From NCBI GenBank assembly GCA_051652765.1, contig JBOFUV010000034.1:156080-220079 (forward strand): 64,000 bases of DNA, written 5' to 3'. The notes under the pieces are model-generated. The model worked only from the letters and a program-made list of their open reading frames with translations, was not told the origin of the DNA and did not search any database. A program made the position numbers and the translations under genes. The first letter of the stretch is position 1, and each line of letters starts with the position of its first letter. Origin of the DNA: Microcoleaceae cyanobacterium (lineage in GTDB: Bacteria; Cyanobacteriota; Cyanobacteriia; Cyanobacteriales; Microcoleaceae). Shown one piece after another: positions 20,951 to 29,798 of this stretch.

Positions 20951-22993
20951 TTGTGTATGCTACGCCACCTTGTTTCCCGGGTCTTTGATGTTACGGTCTT
21001 CGGCGTTACGGTCTTTGCCCTTACTAGTTCGACCCCTGCAATCGCAGCACCAACCCCCGACCGAGAAGAAGCCTGTGACATCTTGGTACTGGGGGGTGGA
21101 TTAGCTGGAGCCGCAACAGCCTATGAAGGACTAGTGGAAGGACGAACGGTCTGCATGACCGAAATTACAGATTGGGTGGGAGGTCAGATTTCCTCCCAGG
21201 GAACCTCCGCCCTAGACGAACGCCCGACCCAGCGAGAACTTTTATTTTTTCCAAAAGGTTACTTAGAACTGCGGCAACGGCTTGAAACCTACCACGGGCG
21301 GCTGAATCCAGGGGGATGTTGGGTGAGCGCGACTTGTTTTATGCCCTACGACGGTCATCGCATTCTCTTCCAAATGTTGCAGGATGCGGAACGGCAAGGC
21401 GGTGGTACCCTAAAATGGTTCCCTGCAACTGTTGCAAAGGACGTTGAACTGGCCAATCGCCAAATTACCAGTGTTACCGCCATTCAACATAGCCCTGCCC
21501 CGGGAGCGCCTCCCCTCAATACTGAACCCTTGTCTCAGGTGATTGAAGAGGCTTATCGCTACGAAGACTCGCCCCAATTTCAGAAAACAGTTATCCGGTT
21601 CGTGCCAGCGACAAAGTTAGCCGCAAACCCCTCAGCCACCAACCCTTCGGCCCCAAGCTGGTATATTGTTGAGGCCACAGAAACCGGAGAAATCCTAGCC
21701 TTAACGGATGTTCCCTATCGGCTGGGAATCGATGCCCGAACCTCGGATGATCCGACCGCTTCCAGTGTAAACGGTGCGCCCTACTGCACCCAAGGGTTCA
21801 CCTACACCTTTGCAATGGAGGCAACAGCAAACCCTCAAACTCATACCCTGCCACCGTTTTACAAAATCTATGAGCCCTACTACAGCTACGAGTTGGAACG
21901 GCTCGCGAGTTTTCCCTTGGTGTTTACCTATCGGCAGATTTACAGTACCCGCCCCGATGAGCAACGTCCTGGTAACGTCCGAGATTGGCCGATCTACCCC
22001 GGTGACATCTCGATGCAGAACTGGACATGGGGCAATGATTACCGTCCCGGCACCCTAGAGGATAATTTGATTTTGACCCACGACCAATTGCAAGTCATGG
22101 GATACCTGGAACCTGGGAACTGGCAAGGAGGCTTGCGAGCCGATACATTGCGACGGGGAGAAGAAAATGCTATCGGTTACTTCTACTGGTTGGTCGTAGG
22201 TACAACCGATTCTCAACTGGGAGCAAACATCAAGAAACCCTATCCCAACCATCGTTACCTCACGGGACTGGATTCGCCCATGGGCACCGTTCATGGCTTG
22301 TCTAAGTTTCCCTATATGCGAGAGGCACGGCGGGTAATTGGTCGCCCCAGTTGGGGCTATCCTGAGGGGTTCACGATTAATGAAATTGACATGTCCCGCA
22401 ACGATTTCTCCCAAGATTTGTACCGCAAGACTCTTCCTCCCGATGAATACGAAGCGATGCGACTGAGATTGGCAGGACTCGAGCTTCCAGCCTTAGTGAC
22501 GGGACTGCAAACCCTGGCCCAAACTAGCCTGCGATCGCGAGCCAAGCTTTACCCAGACACCGTCGGGATTGGGCACTATGCCATCGACTTTCATCCCTGT
22601 ATGACCAAGAGTCCAGCAGAAGCTCCTGGCAATACGGAGCGAGCGGGAGAACGTTTGGGTCAAGGAGGAGCCTATCCCTTCCAAATTCCCTTGAGGTCAA
22701 TGATCCCCCAAAAAATTGACAATATGCTGGTGACGGGAAAGAGTATTGCCACCAGTCATATTGCTTCTGCGGCCTATCGTGTCCATTCCTTTGAGTGGTC
22801 ATCTGGGGTAGCGGCTGGAGCGACAGCAACGTTCGCTTTGGAACAGGGCATTGCCCCCTATGAATTGGTAGATGACTTACCCTCTCGAGAACTCCAGTTG
22901 GAAACCTTACAACAACAGTTGCAGGAAAGCGGCAACCCGATTGCCTTTCCCGGTAGCTCAATTTTCAATCGTTCTTGGCAAAACTGGAAGTAA
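20951..22993 (+). CDS. Secreted FAD-dependent oxidoreductase
   Basis: Signal-like N-terminus; GGGLAG; ITDWVGGQISSQG; PYMREARR; PFQIPLRSMIP; AYRVHSFEW. Confidence 0.85.
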   Translation: MCMLRHLVSRVFDVTVFGVTVFALTSSTPAIAAPTPDREEACDILVLGGGLAGAATAYEGLVEGRTVCMTEITDWVGGQISSQGTSALDERPTQRELLFFPKGYLELRQRLETYHGRLNPGGCWVSATCFMPYDGHRILFQMLQDAERQGGGTLKWFPATVAKDVELANRQITSVTAIQHSPAPGAPPLNTEPLSQVIEEAYRYEDSPQFQKTVIRFVPATKLAANPSATNPSAPSWYIVEATETGEILALTDVPYRLGIDARTSDDPTASSVNGAPYCTQGFTYTFAMEATANPQTHTLPPFYKIYEPYYSYELERLASFPLVFTYRQIYSTRPDEQRPGNVRDWPIYPGDISMQNWTWGNDYRPGTLEDNLILTHDQLQVMGYLEPGNWQGGLRADTLRRGEENAIGYFYWLVVGTTDSQLGANIKKPYPNHRYLTGLDSPMGTVHGLSKFPYMREARRVIGRPSWGYPEGFTINEIDMSRNDFSQDLYRKTLPPDEYEAMRLRLAGLELPALVTGLQTLAQTSLRSRAKLYPDTVGIGHYAIDFHPCMTKSPAEAPGNTERAGERLGQGGAYPFQIPLRSMIPQKIDNMLVTGKSIATSHIASAAYRVHSFEWSSGVAAGATATFALEQGIAPYELVDDLPSRELQLETLQQQLQESGNPIAFPGSSIFNRSWQNWK

Positions 22994-23062
22994 GTGTACT
23001 TAATCAGTGCACTTAAAATGATTGCCCTGCAAGTGCAAGACAGAAATTACTCAGGGAAGTTG

Positions 23063-23458
23063 TTATTCGTCGTCTTCCCGAGAAGACGTTTGATCCTTCC
23101 GAATGACCCACTCAAACATTGTTGCTGGGCGAGTTTGCTTGGGCGGATCAGCCTTGGATGGGGAAAGCTTAACTTCATGATCCACTCGAATAATTTGATC
23201 TCGAATAGACGCAACCCCAGAGGAACTGGGTGGGGCCAGAGGTTGATCGATGCTCCACCAGATTGCCAGGTAATATCCAGAAATACTTGCAATTAGACCC
23301 AATATAATGCTCAGTCCCAAAGGATACTGAACTAAAAAGAATCCGACTGTAAACAGAATACCAAGCAGTAGAGCAGCAGCAATCCCATCTGAACTGTTAG
23401 AATTGCTGGCTGAGGCACTCGAGGAAGGAGCTGATTTTTCATCAGAAGAGTCAGTCAT
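23063..23458 (-). CDS. Hypothetical membrane protein
   Basis: Two TM helices; ATG start; fills gap. Confidence 0.65.
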   Translation of the reverse strand: MTDSSDEKSAPSSSASASNSNSSDGIAAALLLGILFTVGFFLVQYPLGLSIILGLIASISGYYLAIWWSIDQPLAPPSSSGVASIRDQIIRVDHEVKLSPSKADPPKQTRPATMFEWVIRKDQTSSREDDE

Positions 23459-23663
23459 GGGTCGTTACGTTAAGGCAATGTACTTTAGCAACACATTAGA
23501 TTTAGGGCAAACAACGTGAAAGTCACTTGACCTGCTTGTCTTGTTGGCACGGACAGAAAGTTGATCCCAACCTGTATTGTTTCATTTTTAGATTGGCATC
23601 ATCCCTGTTTTCAGTGTAACCTTTCCATGACGCTTCCAAGCGCTAATCCGCTTTAGAGTGCAT

Positions 23664-23704
23664 GTTAGACTGAAAATTTAAACCTAATAACTAGTTATGC
23701 CGCC
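23664..23704 (+). mobile_element. attI-like/attG recombination site (left junction of the cassette)
   Basis: L box ACCTAAT (23682-88), 5-bp spacer AACTA, R core GTTATGC (23694); extra GTTAGAC (GTTRRRY) 30 bp upstream. Confidence 0.6.
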
Positions 23705-23816
23705 TTAAGGTATTGTGGGGCGTGGTTGAAAGCTTGCCTGTGGGTTGCGGGAAGCTCTTGCTTAGAACACATCTGAAAGTTATCTATAAGCTGCGTAGTT
23801 GCAGAGATGCTCAAGT

Positions 23817-24203
23817 TTAATGGTCGATGTGCAGTTTTGTTGGCTCTGCATCATACAGTCCTGGAATAACCAGCCATAACCACATCCGACATTTGAATAA
23901 ACGTAAAGACAAGAGTTCTTCTGGGAAATTTTGCTGACCGTGCCCTTGCCAATGTCCAAGATTAGCGAGTTGCTGTTTGCTACAAGGCGGACACAGATCC
24001 CCAGGATTGCCTTTGTCAGGGCTGTAGTTGGGGTCGCTTTCGTTGAGAGGGATAGGCTCAGGCAACCGCCCATGGTTCGAGTAGGGACAGGGGTTGCCGT
24101 TCAATTCTGCCGAGATCATCCCGGAGCAGATCAGAGTATCGGGGTAGATTTTGCCATCAGGTGAGAGAAAAAGGGCTTTTGGGGAAGTATTAACACCGCT
24201 CAT
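23817..24203 (-). CDS. Cys-rich hypothetical protein
   Basis: Motifs LICSG, PCPY, LCPPC, FKC; last gene of the island; alternative start 24251. Confidence 0.7.
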   Translation of the reverse strand: MSGVNTSPKALFLSPDGKIYPDTLICSGMISAELNGNPCPYSNHGRLPEPIPLNESDPNYSPDKGNPGDLCPPCSKQQLANLGHWQGHGQQNFPEELLSLRLFKCRMWLWLVIPGLYDAEPTKLHIDH

Positions 24204-24293
24204 TGAGAATACCGATAAGAGATTTTGCGTCAGGAGTACGCCTGATCGCATATTAGTATTTTGAACGCTTAGCGGACATTAGTCAATAAAGGA

Positions 24294-24788
24294 TTATCGC
24301 TTTTCTGAAGGTGGCACTTGGAAGTCAGATTGTTTAGCGATGAGTTCTAGGAATTTTGTGGTGGAGCGATCGGGGTCATAAGCGCCGTTTTCCCATTCGC
24401 TGACAGTTTGCCGACGAACCCCTAATTCCTGGGCAAATTGAGCTTGGGTTAAACCCATATGTTTGCGAAGGGCTTGGATCGCGTCCTGTTTCCAGATGAT
24501 TGCGCCGTCTTTTTGCTGGATGTTGTACTGTGTCTGAAATTTCTGAAAGGTAACGGTCTGCTGGGTTAGATCAACGGACTCGACGTGATAGCCTGCGCCA
24601 ATCCAAGCTCCGGCTTGTAGGGCGCTGGAACTATCTCGATTGCTCCACCAGTTTTTCTTGTTCAATGCTGAGGTGGGCAGCGAGCAACCCATCAATGCTT
24701 CAATTTCGGCAAAGGTCAGCATAACTGCCTCCTGATTGCAGCGTTGCAAGTGCTCAAAAATTGGGTAATACTTGCTTCCAGGTTTCAT
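24294..24788 (-). CDS. XRE-family HTH protein with additional N-terminal domain
   Basis: N-terminal SKY.P...LTFAEIE....LP.SA...WWSN domain; C-terminal LRKHMGLTQAQFAQELGVRRQTVSEWENG. Confidence 0.85.
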   Translation of the reverse strand: MKPGSKYYPIFEHLQRCNQEAVMLTFAEIEALMGCSLPTSALNKKNWWSNRDSSSALQAGAWIGAGYHVESVDLTQQTVTFQKFQTQYNIQQKDGAIIWKQDAIQALRKHMGLTQAQFAQELGVRRQTVSEWENGAYDPDRSTTKFLELIAKQSDFQVPPSEKR

Positions 24789-25276
24789 GCTGTCTCGCCA
24801 ACTGCCTGCAAGACCTCTGCATAAAGCCGCGCATCAATCCAGAAACCAACTTGCTCAATTAAGACATCAAGTAGCGGTTTTACCTCTTGAATCAGGTTGT
24901 TTCGTTTGGCGGCAATCAGGATACCTAAGACACCTGTGACTTGTAGCCCTACTCGCATTGCAGCCGCTCTACCCAGTCGTTCGTCCATGAGGAGGCGATC
25001 GGCGTTTAACTCGATAGCCAGGGCGATCGCCTCAGCTTCTCCGGGATCGAGTTCGGCTCTTAACGTGTTGACAAATGCTCGATCGGTCGCGGATTGCGTT
25101 TTCACCCAGCTTAAGGTTGGTACAACCCTGGCACTGGCATCGGTATTGCCAACATTAGTGATTTCGTTGAAAACCTTTGTTGGAATCACAATTTCGTCGT
25201 AAAGTTGGCGGAGCAAATCGAGCTGACCAATGGTGGACAGGTAAAAGATAGGCGACGTATTACTGACCACAATCAT
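24785..25276 (-). CDS. DUF3368 PIN-domain protein (COG2405-like putative toxin)
   Basis: IVVSNTSPI, LDPGEAEAIALA, LMDERLGR, VTGVLGIL; ATGA overlap with upstream gene. Confidence 0.88.
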   Translation of the reverse strand: MIVVSNTSPIFYLSTIGQLDLLRQLYDEIVIPTKVFNEITNVGNTDASARVVPTLSWVKTQSATDRAFVNTLRAELDPGEAEAIALAIELNADRLLMDERLGRAAAMRVGLQVTGVLGILIAAKRNNLIQEVKPLLDVLIEQVGFWIDARLYAEVLQAVGETA

Positions 25277-25518
25277 CGCCAATCGTTTGCCTCCAGGGTT
25301 CTTAGGTCTTGCCGGAAGTCTTCAACGCCATAATGGATGGGGATTTTACGACTACCTAAAATGCGCTGAAACTCCAGCTGATTCATCCCTGCAAACTGGC
25401 TAGCAGTGCCCAGAGTAATCTTTTCCTGCTGAAATAGCAGAATGGCAATTTCGAGCTTGAGATCGGCTTCAGTGATATGTGCCGTTTGCAGAAACTCATC
25501 GGGAATGATTAGACTCAT
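25273..25518 (-). CDS. UPF0175-family protein (COG2886-like putative antitoxin)
   Basis: LFQQEKITLGTASQFAGM..FQRILGSRKIP.HY....DL; RBS AGGAG. Confidence 0.88.
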   Translation of the reverse strand: MSLIIPDEFLQTAHITEADLKLEIAILLFQQEKITLGTASQFAGMNQLEFQRILGSRKIPIHYGVEDFRQDLRTLEANDWR

Positions 25519-25533
25519 GGTTCAAAATCTCCT

Positions 25534-25896
25534 TTAAGTTTGTGGTTCATCAGGCAAGGGGGGAAGTATTGACTCTAGCTGAACCAGAAGAGGATCTAAC
25601 TCTGAGTGGATAATTGTCCACAGAATATCTTGCCTGACTTCATCGTAGCGATGGGCAACAATGTTGCGTAACCCGACAATGCGTTGCCAGTCGATATCTG
25701 GATGGGCCTGTCGAAATGCATCGGTGATCCGGCGGGCAGCTTCGCCCAGAATTTCAAATTGTCGCTCAACGGCACTGATGGTGCGAATATCGTTGAGATA
25801 TTCGTCAAAGTTTAGATCACTGGTAAACGCTTGAATCCGTTGAATAGACTGCACCATATCCCATACTGAGGCAACATCACGGTTGTTTGATTGCAT
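25534..25896 (-). CDS. HEPN (DUF86/HepT-like) ribonuclease toxin
   Basis: EILGEAA, IDW, RNIVAHRY (RX4HXY motif). Confidence 0.9.
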   Translation of the reverse strand: MQSNNRDVASVWDMVQSIQRIQAFTSDLNFDEYLNDIRTISAVERQFEILGEAARRITDAFRQAHPDIDWQRIVGLRNIVAHRYDEVRQDILWTIIHSELDPLLVQLESILPPLPDEPQT

Positions 25897-26209
25897 AGAT
25901 AACCTGACAAGTATTCAAGATTTCATATCGTCTGTAGGGGTTTTTTAGATATTCCTTACTCACTAGGTCAACTTTACGGTTAAATAATGCCTCAATCGCT
26001 GCTTGCATGTTTGTCCAATCATCCCAGGTTAAACGGTGATCAGGCGAAAAAGTGACGAGAATATCAATATCGCTATCGAGGCGAAAGTCGTCGCGCAGGA
26101 CGGAGCCGAATAGGGCAAATTCAATGATGTGCCAGCGTTGGCAAAACTCTGCAATCTGAGCGGGAGAGGCTTTAATTCTGTCACCCACCAAACTGGTTAA
26201 CTCAACCAT
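25877..26209 (-). CDS. Minimal nucleotidyltransferase (MNT/MntA-like antitoxin)
   Basis: FGSVLRDDFRLDSDIDILV (GSX10DXD), RKVDLV. Confidence 0.9.
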   Translation of the reverse strand: MVELTSLVGDRIKASPAQIAEFCQRWHIIEFALFGSVLRDDFRLDSDIDILVTFSPDHRLTWDDWTNMQAAIEALFNRKVDLVSKEYLKNPYRRYEILNTCQVIYAIKQP

Positions 26210-27641
26210 CACCAACCTCCTCACCTAAAATCATCCGCTCTACTCGCGCTTTTGCGGTGGCAACGACGGCTTCGGCTTGCGATCGCAACTGCTTCGCCTC
26301 AGAGCGTCGCTGCTGTACCTTCAACGCAATTTCATCCTGTATTGCCTTCGGTGGAGTAGCTATTTTCAGAGCAGAGATATCATCTGGATAAATTTCAGTT
26401 TGCCCTGTAGCTCCACGATAACGTTGCCAGAATTGAGCCTGCCCAAGTGAAGAATTGAGAAACTCGGCAAGAAAATGTGGATTATGTTCGGGTTTAAGGC
26501 GAACTATGGAGACGTGACCATCAACAACACAATCAAATTCTTCTTCAAAGACACTCGCACGTCCCCAAGAACCATCACCTGTTGAAGTAATAAGAATGTC
26601 ACCTTTATATACTTTCGATTTTTTCCCAGATGTTGTTTCAAGAAAACTGGGATCAACTCTGAGAGCACTCCCAAAATTAATGTAACCTGATCCGACATTA
26701 ACAGTCTTTAGGACAGGTATAGCTCCATCTGAATTATATTTGGGTTGACTTCCCCGCTTAGGTTTTTCTCGGCATAGACTACCTAAATTTAATACAGGAT
26801 ATTTACCTTCTTTAGTAGCATTGATAACTGTAACGTAGCGTCTGTCATAGATCTTAAAATCCCATCTGTCCTCTAAATCTGAAACTTTCATTACAAATCT
26901 AGGCTCATCTTGAATTTTCCCAACTATCACTTCTAAGATTTTTTTTATTTCATCATCAATACCTTTGACTAAACCTTTAGCTTCCTCTAATTTTTTCTGC
27001 CGATCGCCATAAGCCTCCTGCATCACCTGGGCAATCTGGTCTTGGAGCGATCGGGGAGGAACTGATATTAGAATATGACCAACTTCCTTTAAGTTCATTT
27101 CAGGTCGTGTTGTTCGATGCGACAACCGAATAACCTGAAATTCACCAAATTGAGAGTTGAGAAATGCTGCAACATAATGAGGATTAACATCCTCTGGCAA
27201 CTCAATTCCTGCAATATGTCCTGTAATGCTACCTTCTTCTAAAAAATCTGGAAAGACAGCAGCAGTTCCTACTCGTCCAGCAATGGTGATCAAAACATTG
27301 CCGGGAACTACTCGGCTTCGATGCAGTTCTTGGTGCTTCTCTTCAGAAATATATTTAATGTCACTTGAATCAATACCTGTAGGCAAGACATCTTTAACCC
27401 GAATATAGGGAATCCCGCTATCCTGATACATGTCAACTTTGCGATTGCTCCCAAAGGGTCCGTCGAATAAACGAGAAGCAACCTTCTTTAGGGGTTTCAA
27501 AGGATATGGAGCATTATGCAAAGCATCAAGTCGTTCTTGATATTCTGGCAGATAAAATTCAACAAAAATCTTTGACGTAGTTAGCTGACTACGTTTGACT
27601 AGAAAATGGGTGCGATCGCTTTGACTTGTATTTACAGCCAT
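26202..27641 (-). CDS. Restriction-modification specificity subunit (HsdS-like, two TRDs)
   Basis: Two TRD-like halves (GIPYIRVKD..GNVLITIAGRVG; IPVLKTVNV..GDILITSTG), each followed by PP...Q..IA coiled coil. Confidence 0.88.
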   Translation of the reverse strand: MAVNTSQSDRTHFLVKRSQLTTSKIFVEFYLPEYQERLDALHNAPYPLKPLKKVASRLFDGPFGSNRKVDMYQDSGIPYIRVKDVLPTGIDSSDIKYISEEKHQELHRSRVVPGNVLITIAGRVGTAAVFPDFLEEGSITGHIAGIELPEDVNPHYVAAFLNSQFGEFQVIRLSHRTTRPEMNLKEVGHILISVPPRSLQDQIAQVMQEAYGDRQKKLEEAKGLVKGIDDEIKKILEVIVGKIQDEPRFVMKVSDLEDRWDFKIYDRRYVTVINATKEGKYPVLNLGSLCREKPKRGSQPKYNSDGAIPVLKTVNVGSGYINFGSALRVDPSFLETTSGKKSKVYKGDILITSTGDGSWGRASVFEEEFDCVVDGHVSIVRLKPEHNPHFLAEFLNSSLGQAQFWQRYRGATGQTEIYPDDISALKIATPPKAIQDEIALKVQQRRSEAKQLRSQAEAVVATAKARVERMILGEEVGDG

Positions 27642-29668
27642 CCCAGTAACTCGTTAAATTTCATAATTGTCCAAGAAATATCAGGAGGGCAGTGTGATTC
27701 GTCTTCCGAAACATTTAATCGCCCGGTTGCGTCATACCCAATGCTGTCTATTCTTGCCATATAAACGTCATAGTCCTCGTCCTCAACAGCATCCTGACCA
27801 ATTTCAAGCTGTTCTGGCGATAACCGAATTTCTCGCTTTTGTAACACAAGGATGCTGGTTTTCACACCTGCTCCGTACGGTGCGAATGTCTCTTGAGGCA
27901 AACTAAGAACAGCTTTCAGTTTTGCCCAGCGAAAGATCCAATCTCGAACATCCTGAGTTTGGCTATTAGCTAAAACTCCATCCGGTAAAACAATAGCGAG
28001 CTTGCCACCAGGTTTTAAGAATTCAAGGCAACGGTTCATAAAAACAATTTCTTGAGGCATTGTTTTGGCTGTCTTGCCATTCTTCCTTGTCACCCCATCT
28101 CTGCCTGCAAGATCTTTTAAGATGCCTTCGCTCGTTACCTTTGAGCCAAACGGCGGATTCGTCAAAATCATCGTCAACCCACCCGGATAAAATCCTGGTC
28201 GATCCGGCAACCCCTCCATAATGCCGCCCGTGATACTGCCCAACGGTTGCAGTGCATCGATCACCTTCAAGTCGGCATACTGCGCCCCATTCATCAGGCA
28301 ATTTACCCGCGCCACATGCATCACATTGCGGGAAATCTCCGCCCCAAACAGCCGATTTTCGCGGAACTCTAAAAACTCCTGTGTCGGTTCATCCGGGTTT
28401 GTCACCTCTACCCCTGCCGCTTCTGCCTGCTCCAGTTCTTGCTTTCGCACATAGTCCAGCACATGGGTCAACATCCGTGCCGAACCACACGCCGGATCAC
28501 CAACAAAATCATGCACCGTCGGCTGCAAAATCCCCACCATCAGATTAATCACCGGAGTTGGCGTGAAATATTGCCCCAGGTCATCCCGAAAGGTTTTGCC
28601 CAGGAAATCCTCAAACACGCCCCCCTTCACATCCGCCGTAGACTTCCGCAAACTCCAGGGCTGCAAGCGTCTGACAATTTCAACGGTCGTATGGGGCTTA
28701 AACTCCAATGCATCCGATTCTGTAAACGCCAGCCGAATACCCAGATGATCGCCAAACTTTTCGCTGAGGGTGTCCCGCTCCCACTGTTTCGCCTTTTCAA
28801 ACGTATCCCGCACCTGCACCATCAAACGCTCTGGGTCAGTTTCCCCTTGCTTATAGCTGAACACATAGGATCGCATCTCCCCCGTAGCCTTCACCAAGTC
28901 GATCGTTGCCTGCTCGTCATACCACTTGGCAAACAAAAACTTGACCATGGCATCCACCGCTTCCTGGGGTTGCAATCCCTCATTATCCCGCAGGAGCGAG
29001 TGACAGCCCGATCGCGTATCCCCCAACACTTCCCGAAACTTGTCACGGGTCAAGGGTTGCAATCCCGTCTGAATGCCATCCGGCTCACTGGGATTGAGGA
29101 TCACCTTAAACGGGCTATGCTCCGCCGCCGATCGCGCACTCTCGTACTTCGGCAAATCCCCAATTTCCTGAAGCGCACGGGGATATTCCAAATCACGGCG
29201 ATAAATTTTGGTATGCGTGCCACTGGTCAGGATGGCATACCGAGCCGAGGGTGACGCACTCATGTAAGCATTGAGTCGATTCAAGTGTTCAATCCAGCCT
29301 TCCGGCTCCGTTCCCTCAAACTTCTTTCCTGGCTCCATTGCCTCCACCATAATGAAGGCAACATCCAACCCACCCCCTGCCCCGATATAGCGGTCATCAT
29401 AAACAATGACATCTACAAACCCTAAATACCGTCTTCCCCCCTGATGCGTCCCTTCAGAAAAATCGGCATCGTGCTCCAATCTCATAGCATCCAGTGGGAC
29501 ACCGTATTCTTTGTGCAGGAGGGCGATCGCCCAAATGGTTACTGGATCTTCTACTGGACGAACGTATGTATCATCTTTGAATAACTTGGACAGATTTGAG
29601 TGCTTCCGATAGTCCTCTGAAACAGTGGTTGGGTTTTGGTAGGGGTTGGTGAAGTTGGTAAACGACAT
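27632..29668 (-). CDS. N6-adenine DNA methyltransferase with N-terminal HsdR_N-like domain (type IIB/IIG-like R-M subunit)
   Basis: GQYFTP, DPACGS (motif I), ILTNPPFG (motif IV), LKPGGKLAIVLPDG; N-terminal YG.P..VDVIVY..VE..Y..LTSG pattern. Confidence 0.88.
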   Translation of the reverse strand: MSFTNFTNPYQNPTTVSEDYRKHSNLSKLFKDDTYVRPVEDPVTIWAIALLHKEYGVPLDAMRLEHDADFSEGTHQGGRRYLGFVDVIVYDDRYIGAGGGLDVAFIMVEAMEPGKKFEGTEPEGWIEHLNRLNAYMSASPSARYAILTSGTHTKIYRRDLEYPRALQEIGDLPKYESARSAAEHSPFKVILNPSEPDGIQTGLQPLTRDKFREVLGDTRSGCHSLLRDNEGLQPQEAVDAMVKFLFAKWYDEQATIDLVKATGEMRSYVFSYKQGETDPERLMVQVRDTFEKAKQWERDTLSEKFGDHLGIRLAFTESDALEFKPHTTVEIVRRLQPWSLRKSTADVKGGVFEDFLGKTFRDDLGQYFTPTPVINLMVGILQPTVHDFVGDPACGSARMLTHVLDYVRKQELEQAEAAGVEVTNPDEPTQEFLEFRENRLFGAEISRNVMHVARVNCLMNGAQYADLKVIDALQPLGSITGGIMEGLPDRPGFYPGGLTMILTNPPFGSKVTSEGILKDLAGRDGVTRKNGKTAKTMPQEIVFMNRCLEFLKPGGKLAIVLPDGVLANSQTQDVRDWIFRWAKLKAVLSLPQETFAPYGAGVKTSILVLQKREIRLSPEQLEIGQDAVEDEDYDVYMARIDSIGYDATGRLNVSEDESHCPPDISWTIMKFNELLGWL

Positions 29669-29798
29669 TCAGTTGGCAAAAGTTAGAGATCAGTACACTT
29701 TACTCTCTATGATGCCTGAAGGTAGTTGAGTTGTCTTGCTTTAGAATTATTCATAGGTGTTGGGTCAGATCCAACTTGTTGGTCAGCCAAGCACGGCG

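Noticed and set aside
23458..23664. Integron integrase gene or remnant next to the attI-like site
   Set aside because: No ORF or tyrosine-recombinase motif (RHSFATH-like) here or anywhere in the ORF track
28439..29254. 271-aa plus-strand ORF inside the methylase gene
   Set aside because: Antisense shadow of a GC-rich coding region; no recognisable motifs
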